Origin: Camelus ferus
Taxonomy: Eukaryota
Assembly: GCF_009834535.1 (NCBI RefSeq)
Contig: NC_045697.1
Location: 88,352,001-88,416,000 of the forward strand
Direction of reading: 5' to 3'
DNA length: 64,000 bases
Under the pieces are notes generated by a model. It did no database searches. It worked only from the letters and a program-made list of their open reading frames with translations, and had not been told where the DNA came from. Shown piece after piece: positions 1-13,059 of the stretch (positions within the stretch are counted from its first letter, which is position 1; every line of letters begins with the position of its first letter). The position numbers and the translations under genes are program-made.

Positions 1-330
1 GGGTGATATTCCCACCTGCCTCATGAAAAGGATTTGGCTTCCGCCAGATAGAGGTTGAAAGCAATTAAGCTTGGATCTCAGACCCCTGCCCTTTTGGACC
101 GTTTGATGACCCGCAGAGGTCACTATTGGGGTGGAGGTCAGGATGCAGAATGAGATGAACTGCCCTAGAGGGCCTGACGGCGGGGCAGTTTCTTTTGAAC
201 TAGACGAGCGAGTTGTTTGCATTCACGTGGACTTGGGTTATTTAGATTCCAAAACGCTGCTGGGAAAGTACTGTCAACTGTTGGAGTAGAAATGTGTCTT
301 TATTATTTTATTATTTATGCTAAGACCACG
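1..330. promoter_or_regulatory. GC/CpG-enriched edge, probable flank of a CpG island or promoter upstream of the window
   Basis: About 10 CpGs in 330 bp versus strong CpG depletion elsewhere; E-box CACGTG near 224. Confidence 0.35.
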
Positions 331-1419
331 AGCTCCTCTCCATTCTCTGTTAATTTAAATGTGTTTATTTCTTAAATGTTAAGCCAGTGTCCTGTTTTTA
401 GGGATTTCGAAGTGTAGGTATCACCCTTAACTAGAAAAATGTATTGTGCTTGTGCTTACTCTTCCGTTCTGTTTGCTCCAAGCCTATCCGTGGCATTTGA
501 GGTTTGTTGATCTTAATATTTAACTTTAATGCGTTTGCTGAGAGTTCTGAGGTTCTTTTCCAAAACACAAGCAAAACAGGAAAAGTATAAATTCCCCAGA
601 AATGGAGTGATGAAAATTGATTTTTAAAAAGCTACACTTTTGATACACGTTGGCTTAAGCAATTTTCATTACCACTTAGCTTGTTTGCCATACATTATAG
701 TCGTTGGAAAAGTTGACTCCTTCGGTATCATGGTTGTAAAATTACATGTCTAGAGAAAATTTTAAGTAAGAAATAGGTACATCGTGTTATCATTTCCATT
801 AAACTATTTGCTAATACAATAATTTAAGTAATTTCTGCCCAATAGGGAGAGGAGCTACAGAAACTTTTGGTTTATTGAGCCTATTTTTTTTATGACTAAC
901 CACCATGGAATGCTGTTTTAAATAACTTCAGGAATAAGTAACCTGTAATTAATGTTCAGAAATTTAGACTTTCTTTTTTACTTTAAAGTTTATTTCACAT
1001 TTCATTTTTATGGCTTTCAGCTTTCCCTAAAAGAAAAACTGTTGAAAAGCAGGGACTGTGCCCTACACACCCTCGTAGGTATGTAGTAAGATTCCCTGCC
1101 TGTGAAACATGTCTGTTCTTTCATGTCACAATCACTTACTTAGAAACTTCCTATACATATGGTATTATGTTGAGCATAGTGGCAGGTTATAAAGACGAAT
1201 GGGCACAATTTCTTCAAATTGGAGAGGCTGTTGCAGGGCAAGGGAAACCTGGGACTGCTCTAGCCATTCTTTCAAGTATCCATTTATCTCACCAATTTTT
1301 TATATGAAGCAATGGTGGTTTTTAAGCTCTTTCCAGCTCTTCTTGACTGAATTGCTGTGTCTCTCACCAAAAAGTCTGAAATCTCCACTGTTAAAAAATA
1401 TATATTACATATGGCTTAG

Positions 1420-2480
1420 TGGGCTTATTTTTTTTACCAAACCAGGACATATTTGAGAACTGAGACAATAAAAACAATTAAATTTGTATAATTCTTAGAT
1501 GTGCTTATTTATTGACTGAAAACTTGGTTCGATTATATTTGGTAGAGATATTAAATAGTTCTATTTAAACATTATTTTTAAAAAATAACAATAACACATA
1601 TATTAAAACATAAATATATCTTTATTTACTGAATTTTGCAAAACATCTTTTTATCAATTAACTGAATGTTAAAAATGGCATAAGCAGAGTACTTACTCTT
1701 GGTACATTTTCACGTACTTTAATCAATTTCTTAGCATATTTTCTCCACCAACAATACTGATATTTTTCTAAAGAATGCATGTGCTTAAATATGATTTTCC
1801 TTATTTTTAATTCGTTCATAAAATTGCCTGAAATCTTCATCATGGTTGCATAAACTTGAAAAGATTGGCACCTTCAACTATGCTTATCTATAGACCATAA
1901 TATTTTTAATTGAAAATTTTTTTCTGTAAGTCCTATGGAACCTAGTAAATTCAAAGCAAACTCTAATAAAGAATATAATAAATATATTTTTCTAAAATAT
2001 ATTCTAATTTCTTTATATTGAAATGTACAAAATTTTCAGCTCAAATCTTTTTACAGGTGTATCCTTTAAAACTCAGAGTAACATCTTTCAACAAACATTT
2101 TTACAAGACAAGGCTCCTCATATAAATTTCTTTTATGTTGATGGTTTCAATTAAATTTAGTGCTGCAAAATTATAGGTCTTCTGATTTTTTAATCTATTT
2201 GAAAACAAAATATAATTTTATCCAATTAAAAGCAACAGCTCCATCAAAAGATTCTCCCCACAAATTGAGATATTCCAAAGCCAAATTATAAATTTGAAAA
2301 CTGGATCTTTTATAATATGTGTGCTCTCATCATGTAACACATTTAGTTCCTTCTTTGATTGGTAGAGATGAATTTCAGTATCTTCCTATTTGCAACCTTT
2401 GTTTTCAGTAATTACAATACTTTAAAAAGCTGCAGAAGATGAATACTATGATTTTAGAGTTTCAGTGATTTTAAATAAAA
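1420..2480 (-). mobile_element. hAT-Blackjack DNA transposon fossil with C-terminal transposase remnants
   Basis: Minus-strand peptides YNLALEYLNLWGESFDGAVAFNWIKL (~2290-2213) and CNHDEDFRQFYERIKNK / HMHSLEKYQ (~1850-1755) resemble Blackjack-type hAT C-termini; terminus-like ccaaaccaggacatatttgag at ~1437; stops and frameshifts. Confidence 0.7.
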
Positions 2481-2560
2481 TGTTCTGAAAATTTAGAGGC
2501 TTCATTTTAATTATCTAGATTAACTAATGTAGGTCACTCAGGTTTATTTACAAAGTGATT

Positions 2561-2732
2561 TTTTTAATTGAAATAGAGTTGATTTATAATATTATATTAG
2601 TTCTAGGTATACAGAATTCACTATTTTTATAGATTATATTTCCTTTAAAGTTATTATAGAACAATGGCTATATTTCCCTGTGCTGTACAATACATCCTTG
2701 TGACTTATCTATTTTATACATAGTAGTTTGTA
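2561..2732 (-). mobile_element. 5'-truncated L1 3' end (artiodactyl-type)
   Basis: ttttttaattgaaatagagttgattta...ccctgtgctgtaca motif; TSD acaaagtgatt (2550-2560) / acaaagtaatt (2733-2743). Confidence 0.85.
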
Positions 2733-5074
2733 ACAAAGTAATTCTTTAAGTAGTTATCACTGGAAGTTTTTCAGATTATGTCACAAAATTAAAGAACTCT
2801 GTTTATTATACAAAAGCATTCAGCCTATTTGATATATGCTCTGTTAACAGGGTGACTCAGCCTCTGTTTCACATATTTCAGATAGACCTTACATTTAATT
2901 TTCAGCATTTACCACTGATTCTCTGAAGTGGCAGCCTGGTGAGTTCACGCATGTCAAAGGCAGCAGCAGCAGTCCAGGGCGCAACCTGACTGGTACACCA
3001 AGTACCTGGAAGGATCAGCAAGCTTGAAGTTCCACTGTCTACTACCAAGACCGGGAGTTGGCTATATCTAGCCTCTCATAGCAAGCTGAGTTTTGTTTTC
3101 TTAGCTACTGTCCTGCACTCTATCCTTGAAAGGGAGGGGTTAGTTAGTTTGCATCCGGAAAGAGTCCAGAAAAGAGTTAATGCTGGCCATCTTTCAGATT
3201 TCCCCACAAATTTAAAGAACTCTGTTCATTACTAATGCATTTCACACACTTTGAAACATGACCATGGCAGAAGCTGGAAATAAATATGAAGGTCTACCAA
3301 ACCCGTTCCAGATTATTTGAATACTACTATTAATAACAGAGCTTTGTTTAACAAACATGCACAAGTCATGTTAGTTGCATTCGCTGGGCTTGATGTGGTC
3401 ATCAACTGTAGAAAGTCTTTGATTGACATGGGAAGCATCATGATAGGAACATCCAGCTGTGGCTGCCCTCTTAAAAGACCCTTTTTAAAAGAATGCTTAT
3501 GTAAGCCTTACATTTTAAAAGTACTGTGGCCAGCTGTGTTTGTTCCTGTTCTTGAAGACAAGCCCTAAAAATAGGTTTTGCTTATAAAATGTGTAAGGTA
3601 TAGGCCTTTCCTTCAAAAAATTAAACAAACTCCAAAATAAGATTTATTTTGCAGAATTCCCAGCCAAGGGGAATACAGACTCACTAGCTGTGGTTATTGA
3701 GTAGCTGGTTATAATGCCCCACCTTATTCTACAGGCTCTTAGAGCCAAAAGTCTCAAAATTACATCGACAGTACACATGATAGTATGAATCTGAAATTCA
3801 TATCCTTGTCTGCCTCTCAAATACAGCAAGGAATTTAAAGAAGCCAAGTGGGAGTCTCTGAAATATGTCCCTCCAATGGATTCTCATAATTGCATTTTCC
3901 TATCTTTTCTTCTGTAAGCCCATGCCCAGCCACAGTGTCATCATTATCCTTTTATTGAATCTCTCATCCTGATAAAGGTCATTAATGAAATATTCTCTGA
4001 ACCTCATTTTAACTATCTGAGAACAGTTGAAGCTGAATTAGCAATGTTACATTTCTGACTCTTATGTTATATGGTCATATGTAAAAATAGCAATAATTAC
4101 ATATAATTATAGTGATTTGAAACTAATGCTAAACATCATTTATCAAAGCAGACTTTCCCAGCTGTATTATGTCCACTATGCATTCTTTGACCAGATTTCT
4201 TAATCAGTCTGTTGATTTGCAGCACATAGTTATTAACTTGATAGATTCCCAGGTAAGTGAGTATTTTATTTATTGTCTTCAGTGTCTCTGCTCTTCTGGA
4301 ATCTTACCTTATTTTTTCTTTTACCTTATTTTTTCTGTTACCTGCTAGGTCATCCTTCCTTGGTATTAGCACCCTCTGGGAGGTAGGTTGTATTCATTTG
4401 GTAGATAAATATTATATACTAGAAAGCATAAAAATAAACTGAACGAAGTGTCTTTGGGAGTAACTCATCTTAGAAGACCTTTTCCTAAGGTCACAGAGGC
4501 TCCTGGGACTCCCACGCTTCCCAGCCCACACGTGTGACCAGGGAACTCGCTCACGTTGCTCTGTGGGGGCGGTGAAGGCAGAGACAATCATGCCACATAG
4601 CAGCACCGAGAGACCTATGGCAGGGCATTTAGCTTCTCAGAAAGCTTGTTTTGTTTTTTCTCCATCAGGCTAGATGTCAAGTGACCTTCCTGAGGAAATT
4701 GATATTTTCCTTACTCCTCAGTTTTATCTAGGTTCTTATCAGCACTCTTCAGTTAGCCTAAAATGTGATCCTTCCTTTAGATCATTCTTTATATTTCTAT
4801 TTAATTTTGATTAAGCCCCCCTCTGTTAAAAATTCTTCTGACAGGAAAATGTAAAATCCCAAGTCTGGAAGTGAGTTGGTTGAGGTGCCCCATATGCAAA
4901 GGCTTCTAACTATGGAACATGGTGAGCACCTGATCAGAGATCATTGCTGTGCTAGAAATGTCCTGAAAATACCATCCAAAATTATTTTCTGAAAGGTACC
5001 CACACTCCTGAAAAAGGAAGCAAGGTTTTTGTGCCTTTCTTCCAACTATTATTGCTACCTGTCCAAGCTAGGTG

Positions 5075-5583
5075 GGACAGAGATGCCCCCAAGGAACCCT
5101 ACCTACTGAAGTTTACACCCTTAAGCAGTTGCCTCACACCATTCCTGGCCTGGGCTTCACATTAACCAGTGGTTCTTGCATCAATCAATGGAACGTGGCA
5201 GAAGTGATGTTATAGTCACTCCACGGCTAGATTTGAAGAGGACTAGCGGCTTCTCTCAAGCCTGGGAACGCTCATCTTTGGGAATCACTCCTAAAGAAGT
5301 CTGGCTACCCTGCTGAAGGAGACCACGTGGAGAGGCCTTGAGGTCATATGGAGATGCAGAGGTGCAGAGAGGCCCAGCCAGCCCAGCATCCTAGTTGGGC
5401 CCCCTGATGATTCCAGCCCCAGCCACCATTCACTGCAAGCTCATGAAGAACCCCAGGTGAGCTCAGTGGAAGAACTGTCCAGCTGAGCCCAGTCAAACCA
5501 CAGAACCGTAAGAGATGTCAAAATGATTACTATTTTAAGCCTCTAAGTTATCGAGTTATTGTTATATAGTAATAACTAAAACA
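5075..5583 (+). mobile_element. MaLR solo LTR (MLT1G/H-like)
   Basis: ggcagaagtgatg, ccagccccagccacc and ccagctgagcccagtcaa motifs; terminal tttaagcc...aataactaaaaca. Confidence 0.8.
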
Positions 5584-6694
5584 CTACCTAATGGAAATAA
5601 GAAATCTCATAATGTTCTGCAAGTGTTACATGTAATTCCTCTGTCCCTCTCCTCATCTAGTCTCTCAGACAATGGAAACAGTTCTGAAGAACTGAAATAT
5701 TATTTATCCCATCCTAGTTTTCTCTGGGACGTACACTGTCCATTTGAGAAACAATTAGAGAAGTGAGACAGAAGGTAAGTGAACTTTTTAAAATCATATA
5801 GACTGAAGGAGAATTTATATTAATTTCCAAGTGTCTTTTCTCTCCACTGCATATTTCTTATCATATTAGAAACCTTTAATCAACAGGAACATCTCTGATT
5901 CTAGCCTGTCAGACAGCTATATGATACTTCCCCACATAAAAAACATCTGGTCCTAGCATACTGCCTTATAACAAATGAGAATCAGAAGCTGCCTTCTCAA
6001 TTTACCAACATTGTCTTGTATGTAACTAGGATGGTGTGTCAGGGGTAAGCTAAATCAGAAGCACATTATCTCCGTAATGTTGATTTTAATTTCTGAATTT
6101 CTGGAGTTTGACTACTTCAAAATTTCAAAAGAATAGAACATTTTTGTTTAGCATTAATCTTAAATAATAAAAGCTTTTGTTTCATGATGATTTCTTTTTG
6201 TATAGAGGGTTCTATATTTGCAAAGAACACATTATACAGAAACTTATTCAGATAAAAGATAGATCTAAATGTTGAATGATTCAGGTGAATAAGCTCATTA
6301 ATAATTCATTCAAAATTTTATTTTTAATACTAGACTATATTATAAAGAGGCAAACTAGTTTATCCAAGGAGCATACCTTTATGTGAGAAACCCATCAAAT
6401 TTAATGTTATAATAAAAAAAGGATAATAAAACTAAATATTTTTTACGCAAATCAGGTAGACTAAGAGCCCAGAGGAGGTGGGAAGAGAAGTGATCAACTT
6501 TATACTGGGAAAGGTACACTTTGAAAAGGAGAAGTAATCCTTTTTTTTAAGAGTTCACATGGAAGAAAGAAAGGGAGTATGGTTTGGAGACATTTTGAGA
6601 GGGAGGGTATCTGAGAAACAGCGTAGTCTATGAAGTAAAATCATGGTTGGAACATTAGGAGGTTCAAGGCTTTAGGGAAGCAGAGTTTTGGTCC

Positions 6695-6765
6695 GACCAC
6701 TACATATAGCTGCATAGGCTGTTCACTGCACAACTGCAGGTGACACTGTTCAAGTGGACTGTGAC
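6695..6765 (+). mobile_element. MER91-like hAT-Tip100 MITE fragment
   Basis: tatagctgcataggctgttcactgcacaactgcagg resembles the MER91 terminal arm. Confidence 0.55.
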
Positions 6766-6799
6766 ACACTCAACACGGATCAGACTGTATCAAGGGAGT

Positions 6800-7300
6800 G
6801 AGTGCAGTTAGAGATTGTGTATAAGCACACGTAACAGAATCCACATCCAACGGTTTGATACTTAAGGGCTTATTTCCCTTGTGTAATAAGAAGCTAATGG
6901 CGTGGCTTATCTAGATGTCAACAGTACTCAGGAATCCCCCTTCTAGTTTTTCTCTGTCTTCCTAAGTATGTATTTTTTATTTTCATTGTCACCTAATGGT
7001 AGGATGACCTTGTCCTTGTTTTAAAACTGAAAGTCACACATCTGAGAAACCTCCTAAGTTCCTGGTAAACCAAGTCAGTTGGTCACCCTAGTGACCTCAA
7101 GATGACATTCCTTCTCCAGATTCTCATATCCATTGGGGACAAGAAAAAGATAAGAATGAAGTAGACAATAAAAGAATGGGTGGCACCTATATCAGGAAGG
7201 TATAACCTACCCAGTAATTCTCATTACACATTTACACATCTAATTTACCAGAACCACAGAAGGTAGGCTGAACACGTTGCTGCTCTGAAAAAAAAAGAAA
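6800..7300 (-). mobile_element. Old MaLR LTR (MLT1J/K-like) interrupted by MER94
   Basis: cagttagagattgtg...gtaacagaa...ggcttatttcccttgtgtaataagaagct terminal pattern; resumes after 7090 (caagatg). Confidence 0.5.
7000..7090 (+). mobile_element. MER94-like hAT-Blackjack MITE
   Basis: Terminal inverted repeats taggatgacc...ggtcacccta; internal gttttaaaactgaaagtc. Confidence 0.75.
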
Positions 7301-8892
7301 AAGCAGCATGCTGTTGGTAAGAAGTAAAGGAAGTTCATTCGGAAGACAATTAGCAGTATCTGCATAATTTTGTGACCTCTAGGAATGTTCAGCATCTCTG
7401 AAGCAGGAATGAAAAAAGCAGACAAGGAGGGCAAACCAGGGCTGGGAATTACCAAAGAAAAATATCAAAAGGTTAAGGAAACACATTATTTTGGCATATG
7501 CATGTCATTATTGAAATGGCTCATTCCATAGTGCATACTGGGGAAGAAGTTCAATAAAGCTAGGAAGGACAGTCACCTACTAAGAAAAATGATAGAAGAC
7601 TAGAAATTTAGACTACTATATCAAGATTCTTTTTAAATCCTAAGAAAAAAAAATAATATGAGAAAGTCAAAATAACTTCTTTCATTTTCTTGGTATCAGA
7701 TTATTTCCCCTCAGATGAATATTTACCAAGTAGTTCTGTTTTACTTTAACATTCTGAACTTTAAGAAGGAACTTTTACTTAAATCTGTCTAAAATTGTAA
7801 TATTTCTGTTACACTGATAATCAGTAAAGGCATTAACAATGAAAATATAATATAAAAACAGGTGGTGAGTGGATAACTGAAATTTTTTTAAATTTTATTT
7901 TAATGCAGATGCACATGAAAAGTTAAGCTAAGCATGTTAGTGTCACATGACAATGGAATAAATCATGGCTTAAAAAGCAACACCATCTATCTGTAAATTA
8001 TCAGTGACTACAGAATTGAGATCACCTCTAAGTTAGACAACATTTAATTTCATATTATATTTATTTATTCAGACCAGGGCAAAGAAGATACAGAATAGAT
8101 AATCTATATATATATAATTATTTCTGAGTCAAGACACAGTAAACATAAAATGATCAATTTCTCAGATGGAGAATTCACCCCCCCACCCCTCCAACAAGAG
8201 AGCTTTTAAAAGTTCACATTGGAGATTCTACATGTTTGCGTAAAGAAGGTCAAGAAATTCACTGACAATGTCACAAGAATTTGGGATGAAGACAATCGTA
8301 AGGTAACCTTACTAGGCACCTAAGAAAGCAATTACCAGTCCATGTGCCGTCGGTATATCCTGGTTTGCAGTCTGCTAAGGTGGGTAACTCTTGCTTCTTG
8401 ACCGAGGAAACAAGATTTCCCAGATTTGGGCTCCATCTCCTGCACTGAAGTAGATCAACTTTACCCCTAAAAGATTTTTTACTTCCCTGTGCCGAGGAGG
8501 AAAAACCACAAAAAAGGAGAAATCAAGCAGTAACAGGGTAAAGCAAATATTACCTGCAGAAGTGGCTGCTTAACCGTGAGAAACTGATTGTGGATTGAAG
8601 CCTGTGCGCTCTTGAATGGACACAATAATCCTGGAAACTTTAACTTCTTCAAAGGAAACCAAATCTATATATAATTTTTATTGAATTAAAATTAATTTTA
8701 AAATATTTTATTTCTCTGAAACATTTTGTTCTTTTGATTTAGAGAGTAAAAAACAAATATCAAATGTTGACAAAAAGTCTCCTTTTTTAGGACATTTGTC
8801 AAAAAAGGCTCTGTAGTAAAGGGAAAAGCATTTGAAGGTGAACTTGCTTTTTGCCTCTATACCAGTTTCTTTTGGAGTATTAGATTCTGAGT

Positions 8893-9323
8893 GTGTCAGT
8901 TATCTGTTGCTACATCACACACCATAATGTAACTGGTGACTTAAACAGATTTATTATTTCTCACAATTCTCTGGATGGACTGGGTGGGTCCTCTGCTATT
9001 CTCCACTGGGCTCCCTCATTTAGTTGTATTCAGCTGGCTTCACTCCCATGTTTAGGTTACCAGCTAGATGGGTTTGGCTGCAAAGAATGAGATGGCCTTC
9101 TCCGCATGCTTCTTAACAGCAGGATGGCCTTGGAGTTCTGTGAGAGAGAAGGCAGAATCTGGAAAACCTCTTGAGGCCTTGCTCTTGGACTCACCCAGTG
9201 TCACTTCTGCTACATTTTATAGGTCAAAGAAATTCACAAGGACAGATTCAGGCAGAGGGGAAAGACTCTACCTTCAGATGAAGTGAGGTGCAAAATATTA
9301 TGGTCATGTTTTTTAAGTACTGC
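8893..9323 (-). mobile_element. MaLR solo LTR (MLT1H/I-like)
   Basis: tgtgtcagttatctgttgct...ttaaacagatttattatttctcac; gtcacttctgctacatt. Confidence 0.8.
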
Positions 9324-10589
9324 AAATGGAAATGTTTGAGAATTTGGCAAGTGATGTAAATTCTCCACCAGAAGAAAGAAAAATGCACACATACACAAAG
9401 GCTGTTAATTCTAAAGGAATAATGCCCTTCTCTGTCACAGGACTCCAGATTAAGAAACTAAGAAACTCTGATTTAAACAGCTTCCCCTAAATTCAGTGGG
9501 CCATTTAACATGAAAACACAGGAGTACAGTCAAAAGATAAAAAAAAAGTCCATCTGCACTGATATTTTTCTCAGTTTGGGGTTTTGTATTTATAAAAAAT
9601 TACATTTTCACTCAAAATAACAGGACTTTGAGGCATTAAGGACTCAGAAAATGTGAATATCATACTTGAACAGAAACTGATAATGTTTGACTTTAAATGG
9701 AATATTACTTATATAAATTACTACATAACAAAAGACAGTATTCTGTTTTCCAGTTCTATACGTCTAGTTCAATGTTCTGATTTTAATCAACTTGTAATTC
9801 TATCGCTAATTAAATTTTTTCAATCTAAGGAAGTTAAAAACAACTTATTTTTATCTTCTTTAGTTGTTGGTTGTTGAACCCTAAAATAGCAAAGTGAAGT
9901 AGAATTTTTGCCTAGTATTAGTTTTTGCTTAGTTTTAGTTAATTATTAAAAAATTAACTAGTGTGTGTTGAAAGGTTCATCAACATGAACATTTTTCAAC
10001 AATAATTTCACACTTACTATCATCAGCAATAGCTGATTTCTTATTTAACATATATTTCTTATTTAATATAACCTTTGTAATGTTAACAAGTATTATAATC
10101 CTTGGTAGTTTGATTTGGCTAATTTCCAATTAAAATGAATAAAGAATATATACTTTTTCTACTTGTATTTGTTTATATATAGTCATTATTTGCTTCCAGA
10201 ATAATTTAGAAATGTTACATAAGTAAGTACCTGGCATTTCAGTCTATAATCTGTAATTGATAAGATAAAAACAAGACTTTCGGATAGGTACACAGGTTAC
10301 ATAAAGGAAATGCTCACACAGTTCCTGAAATTCAGGAGGAACAAGGTGCTGTTATTCGATAACAAGAGCTGGAGGTTGGGGAGAGGAAAATATTTTAATC
10401 AAGGTATGCTCTCAGACCGAGGCAGAAATGATTACTGAAAAATTCACGTGGGGAGGTTACATCAGAACCAAAGTCCACAAATTACACACTAAATAAAAAT
10501 GAGAAATCACAGTTGAAGCCTCACAACAGAACTACACTCAAGTGACAGTTTTTAGGTAGAATTTTTTTTAATACTAAGAGATTGAAGTA

Positions 10590-10943
10590 GAGAAGGTTTC
10601 AATGCACTATTGTTGCTTTTGGAGATGGACAGGACCATGAGCAAGGATTGTAGAAGGGCTGCAAGGAGCTGACAGTGACTCCTGGCCAACTACCAACAAA
10701 GAAATAGTGATCTTAGTGCAAGGAAATCAGTTCTGCCAACAACAAGCGTGAGCCTGGAAAAGGACCATAAGTTCCAGATGAAAACACAGCCAGCTGACAT
10801 CTTGATTTTAACCTGAATACTTGGAAGCCCCTTGAGCCTGCCTGGACGTCTGATGTACAGAATCTGTGAGATCATAAGTGGACACTGTTTTAAGCGCCTA
10901 AGTTTATGGTCGTTCCGCTTTGCAGCAATAGAAAACTAATATA
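10590..10943 (+). mobile_element. MaLR LTR (MLT1E-like), 5' LTR of a partial element
   Basis: ttctgccaacaac...ccagatgaaaacacagccagctgac...gcagcaatagaaaactaatata. Confidence 0.8.
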
Positions 10944-11945
10944 GATTTTGATACCAAGAATGCTACTGTAACAAATACCCAAAAATGTGGAAGGGATTTT
11001 GAAATCAGGCAATGAGCTGAGGCTGTTAGAACTGTGAGGAACATGATAGCAAAAGCCTAGATTGCTTTGAAAAGACTCTTAGTAGAAATATGAAAACGAA
11101 AAACGCTACTGGTGAGAGCTCAGAAGGAAGTGCGGAAGGTGATACTGGGAACTGGAGGAAGAGAGATGCTTGTGATGTAGTAGCGCGAAGTTTAGGAAAA
11201 TTGTTCCCTGCCATTATTTAGAAAGCAGAACTTGTAAATAATAAATTTGGATACTGAATTGAGATTGTCAAATAAAAAGGAACCAGGACATGCTGATTTA
11301 GGAAATCCTCAGCCTATAGAGATGGCAAAAGATGCTAACATTAAGAGGTTACTCTTGAAAGGGTGGCACAGAGTAAAACCTGTGGGTGTGGCCATACAAT
11401 CTTTTTCTGCAACCCTGCAAAGATCAAAAAGTCAGGGTGTTCAATCACCAGAGATGAAAGATGTGTTTCATAATCTCCATCAAACCAGAAAACCTCTAAG
11501 AAGCTTACTGGCAGTGTTCTTTAGCCATCTTAGCTGAAGCCAAAAATAGAAAAGGAATTACCTCAGAAAAAAATCTGTGTGGGAGCCTTTTGTCTGATGG
11601 AGTGAACCCCCAGAAATCTACATAAAGCCACGAGGTACTTGGGACTATTTGATCAGCAGGAGAACTGCCAGCTGAGACTGAAAGGGACAGAAAGAATATG
11701 GAATAAAAGGAGACTCTCAGCACCCCCATGTTCTCCCGGCAGGAAGCAGGGGCTGGTAAGACGACTCAGTTACAAATAGGATCTATCTGTCGTGGAAAAG
11801 AAGGCCGGCTCAGAACTGAGATCCCCGAAGGCAGACAGGAAAGCCACAGAGGGTATTCCCAGGTCTTGAAGCCTAGTGCAGCCGTCCGAGCAAGATTTTA
11901 AACTGACTCCGTTTTCCCCATTTTGGGGCCAGAGTGTTTATAACT
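10944..11945 (+). mobile_element. MaLR internal sequence (MLT1-int), decayed
   Basis: Directly follows the LTR with gattttgataccaagaa...tgtaacaaatacccaaaaatgtggaa, the typical MaLR-int start. Confidence 0.8.
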
Positions 11946-12335
11946 GTGTTAGTTTCTGAGCCATGTAACAAATTACCACGAATGTAGTAACTTAAAACAA
12001 CACAAACTTGTCGTCTCCCAGTTCTCTGGGTCAGGAGTTGGGTACGGTATGCTCATCTGGTTTTGCTTCTGAAAGTCTCACAAAGACAAAATTAAGATGT
12101 AAGCCAGACTGGACTCTTATGTTGAGGCTCTGAGGAAGAATCTGCTTTTGAGCTCCTTTAGGTTGTTGGCTGAATTCAGTCCCTCGCAGGTCCTCATTTC
12201 CTTGCTCGCTGTTCACCGGGGCCCAGTCTTATCTCCTAAAGACCGGCCACATTCCTTTGTATACGACCCCCTCCTTCTTCAGAGCCAGCAAAGACACATC
12301 AAATCCTCATTGTGCTTTAAATCTCTCTGATTTCG
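11946..12335 (-). mobile_element. MaLR LTR (MLT1D/E-like)
   Basis: tgtgttagtttct...gtaacaaattaccac...cttaaaacaacacaaa; gttgttggctgaattcagt. Confidence 0.8.
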
Positions 12336-13059
12336 TCTCTTTGATTTCAAATTTTGTCCTGGTGTTTGAGTGTATGAGCCCATTTTAATTGTAAGCAATC
12401 AAAAGCATTCAGTACCTCAACGATACACATGAAATATGCCCCTTTAGTTGCAATCAGGAGCACAGGCCAACATCTCTGCTGGAAACACCCTTTGAGTTAT
12501 GGGTTCCCACAGACACACTGTTTACATTTATTGAATGTTATCTGAAGAGTATTGATGAAATAAAATGCCATATATTAAGTTGGATTCTATTTTATTGGCC
12601 ATTTGGGTTAAACTGTTGGATTCTCTGAGCATGAAGGCTTATCAGAAGAGTAAACTAGAAACCCAGATAGCAGGTTTCTAATTCTAATCTTGGGCAAATC
12701 AAGTAAGTTATTGGATTCATTTTTCATCATAGGATTTTTTTCATAATAAAAGCCTCAGAAAAAATATGAGTAAATAAAGGCAAAGCACTGTATTATTAGT
12801 AGTTATTCTTTCCCTAACACTGCTGCTGCCGTAGCCGTCTCTGAGTTAACAGCAGTTTCCACATTTTTTAGAGATGTCTTTTGTGATTTCCCCACTTGTG
12901 TTCCCTGTCCCTCCTGTTACGTACTGAACATACACCACCTGCAGTTCCCTGGATTTTTTCCTCTGCCCTAACCTGCAATTTCATCATTTTTTCACCCTTT
13001 AGATACCAGATCACTAAACCTCTGACACTCACTTAATATTAGGTACTCGTCTCTGTACT

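Noticed and set aside
11026..11729. Overlapping ORFs of 62-96 aa
   Set aside because: Within decayed MaLR internal sequence; no intact gag or pol
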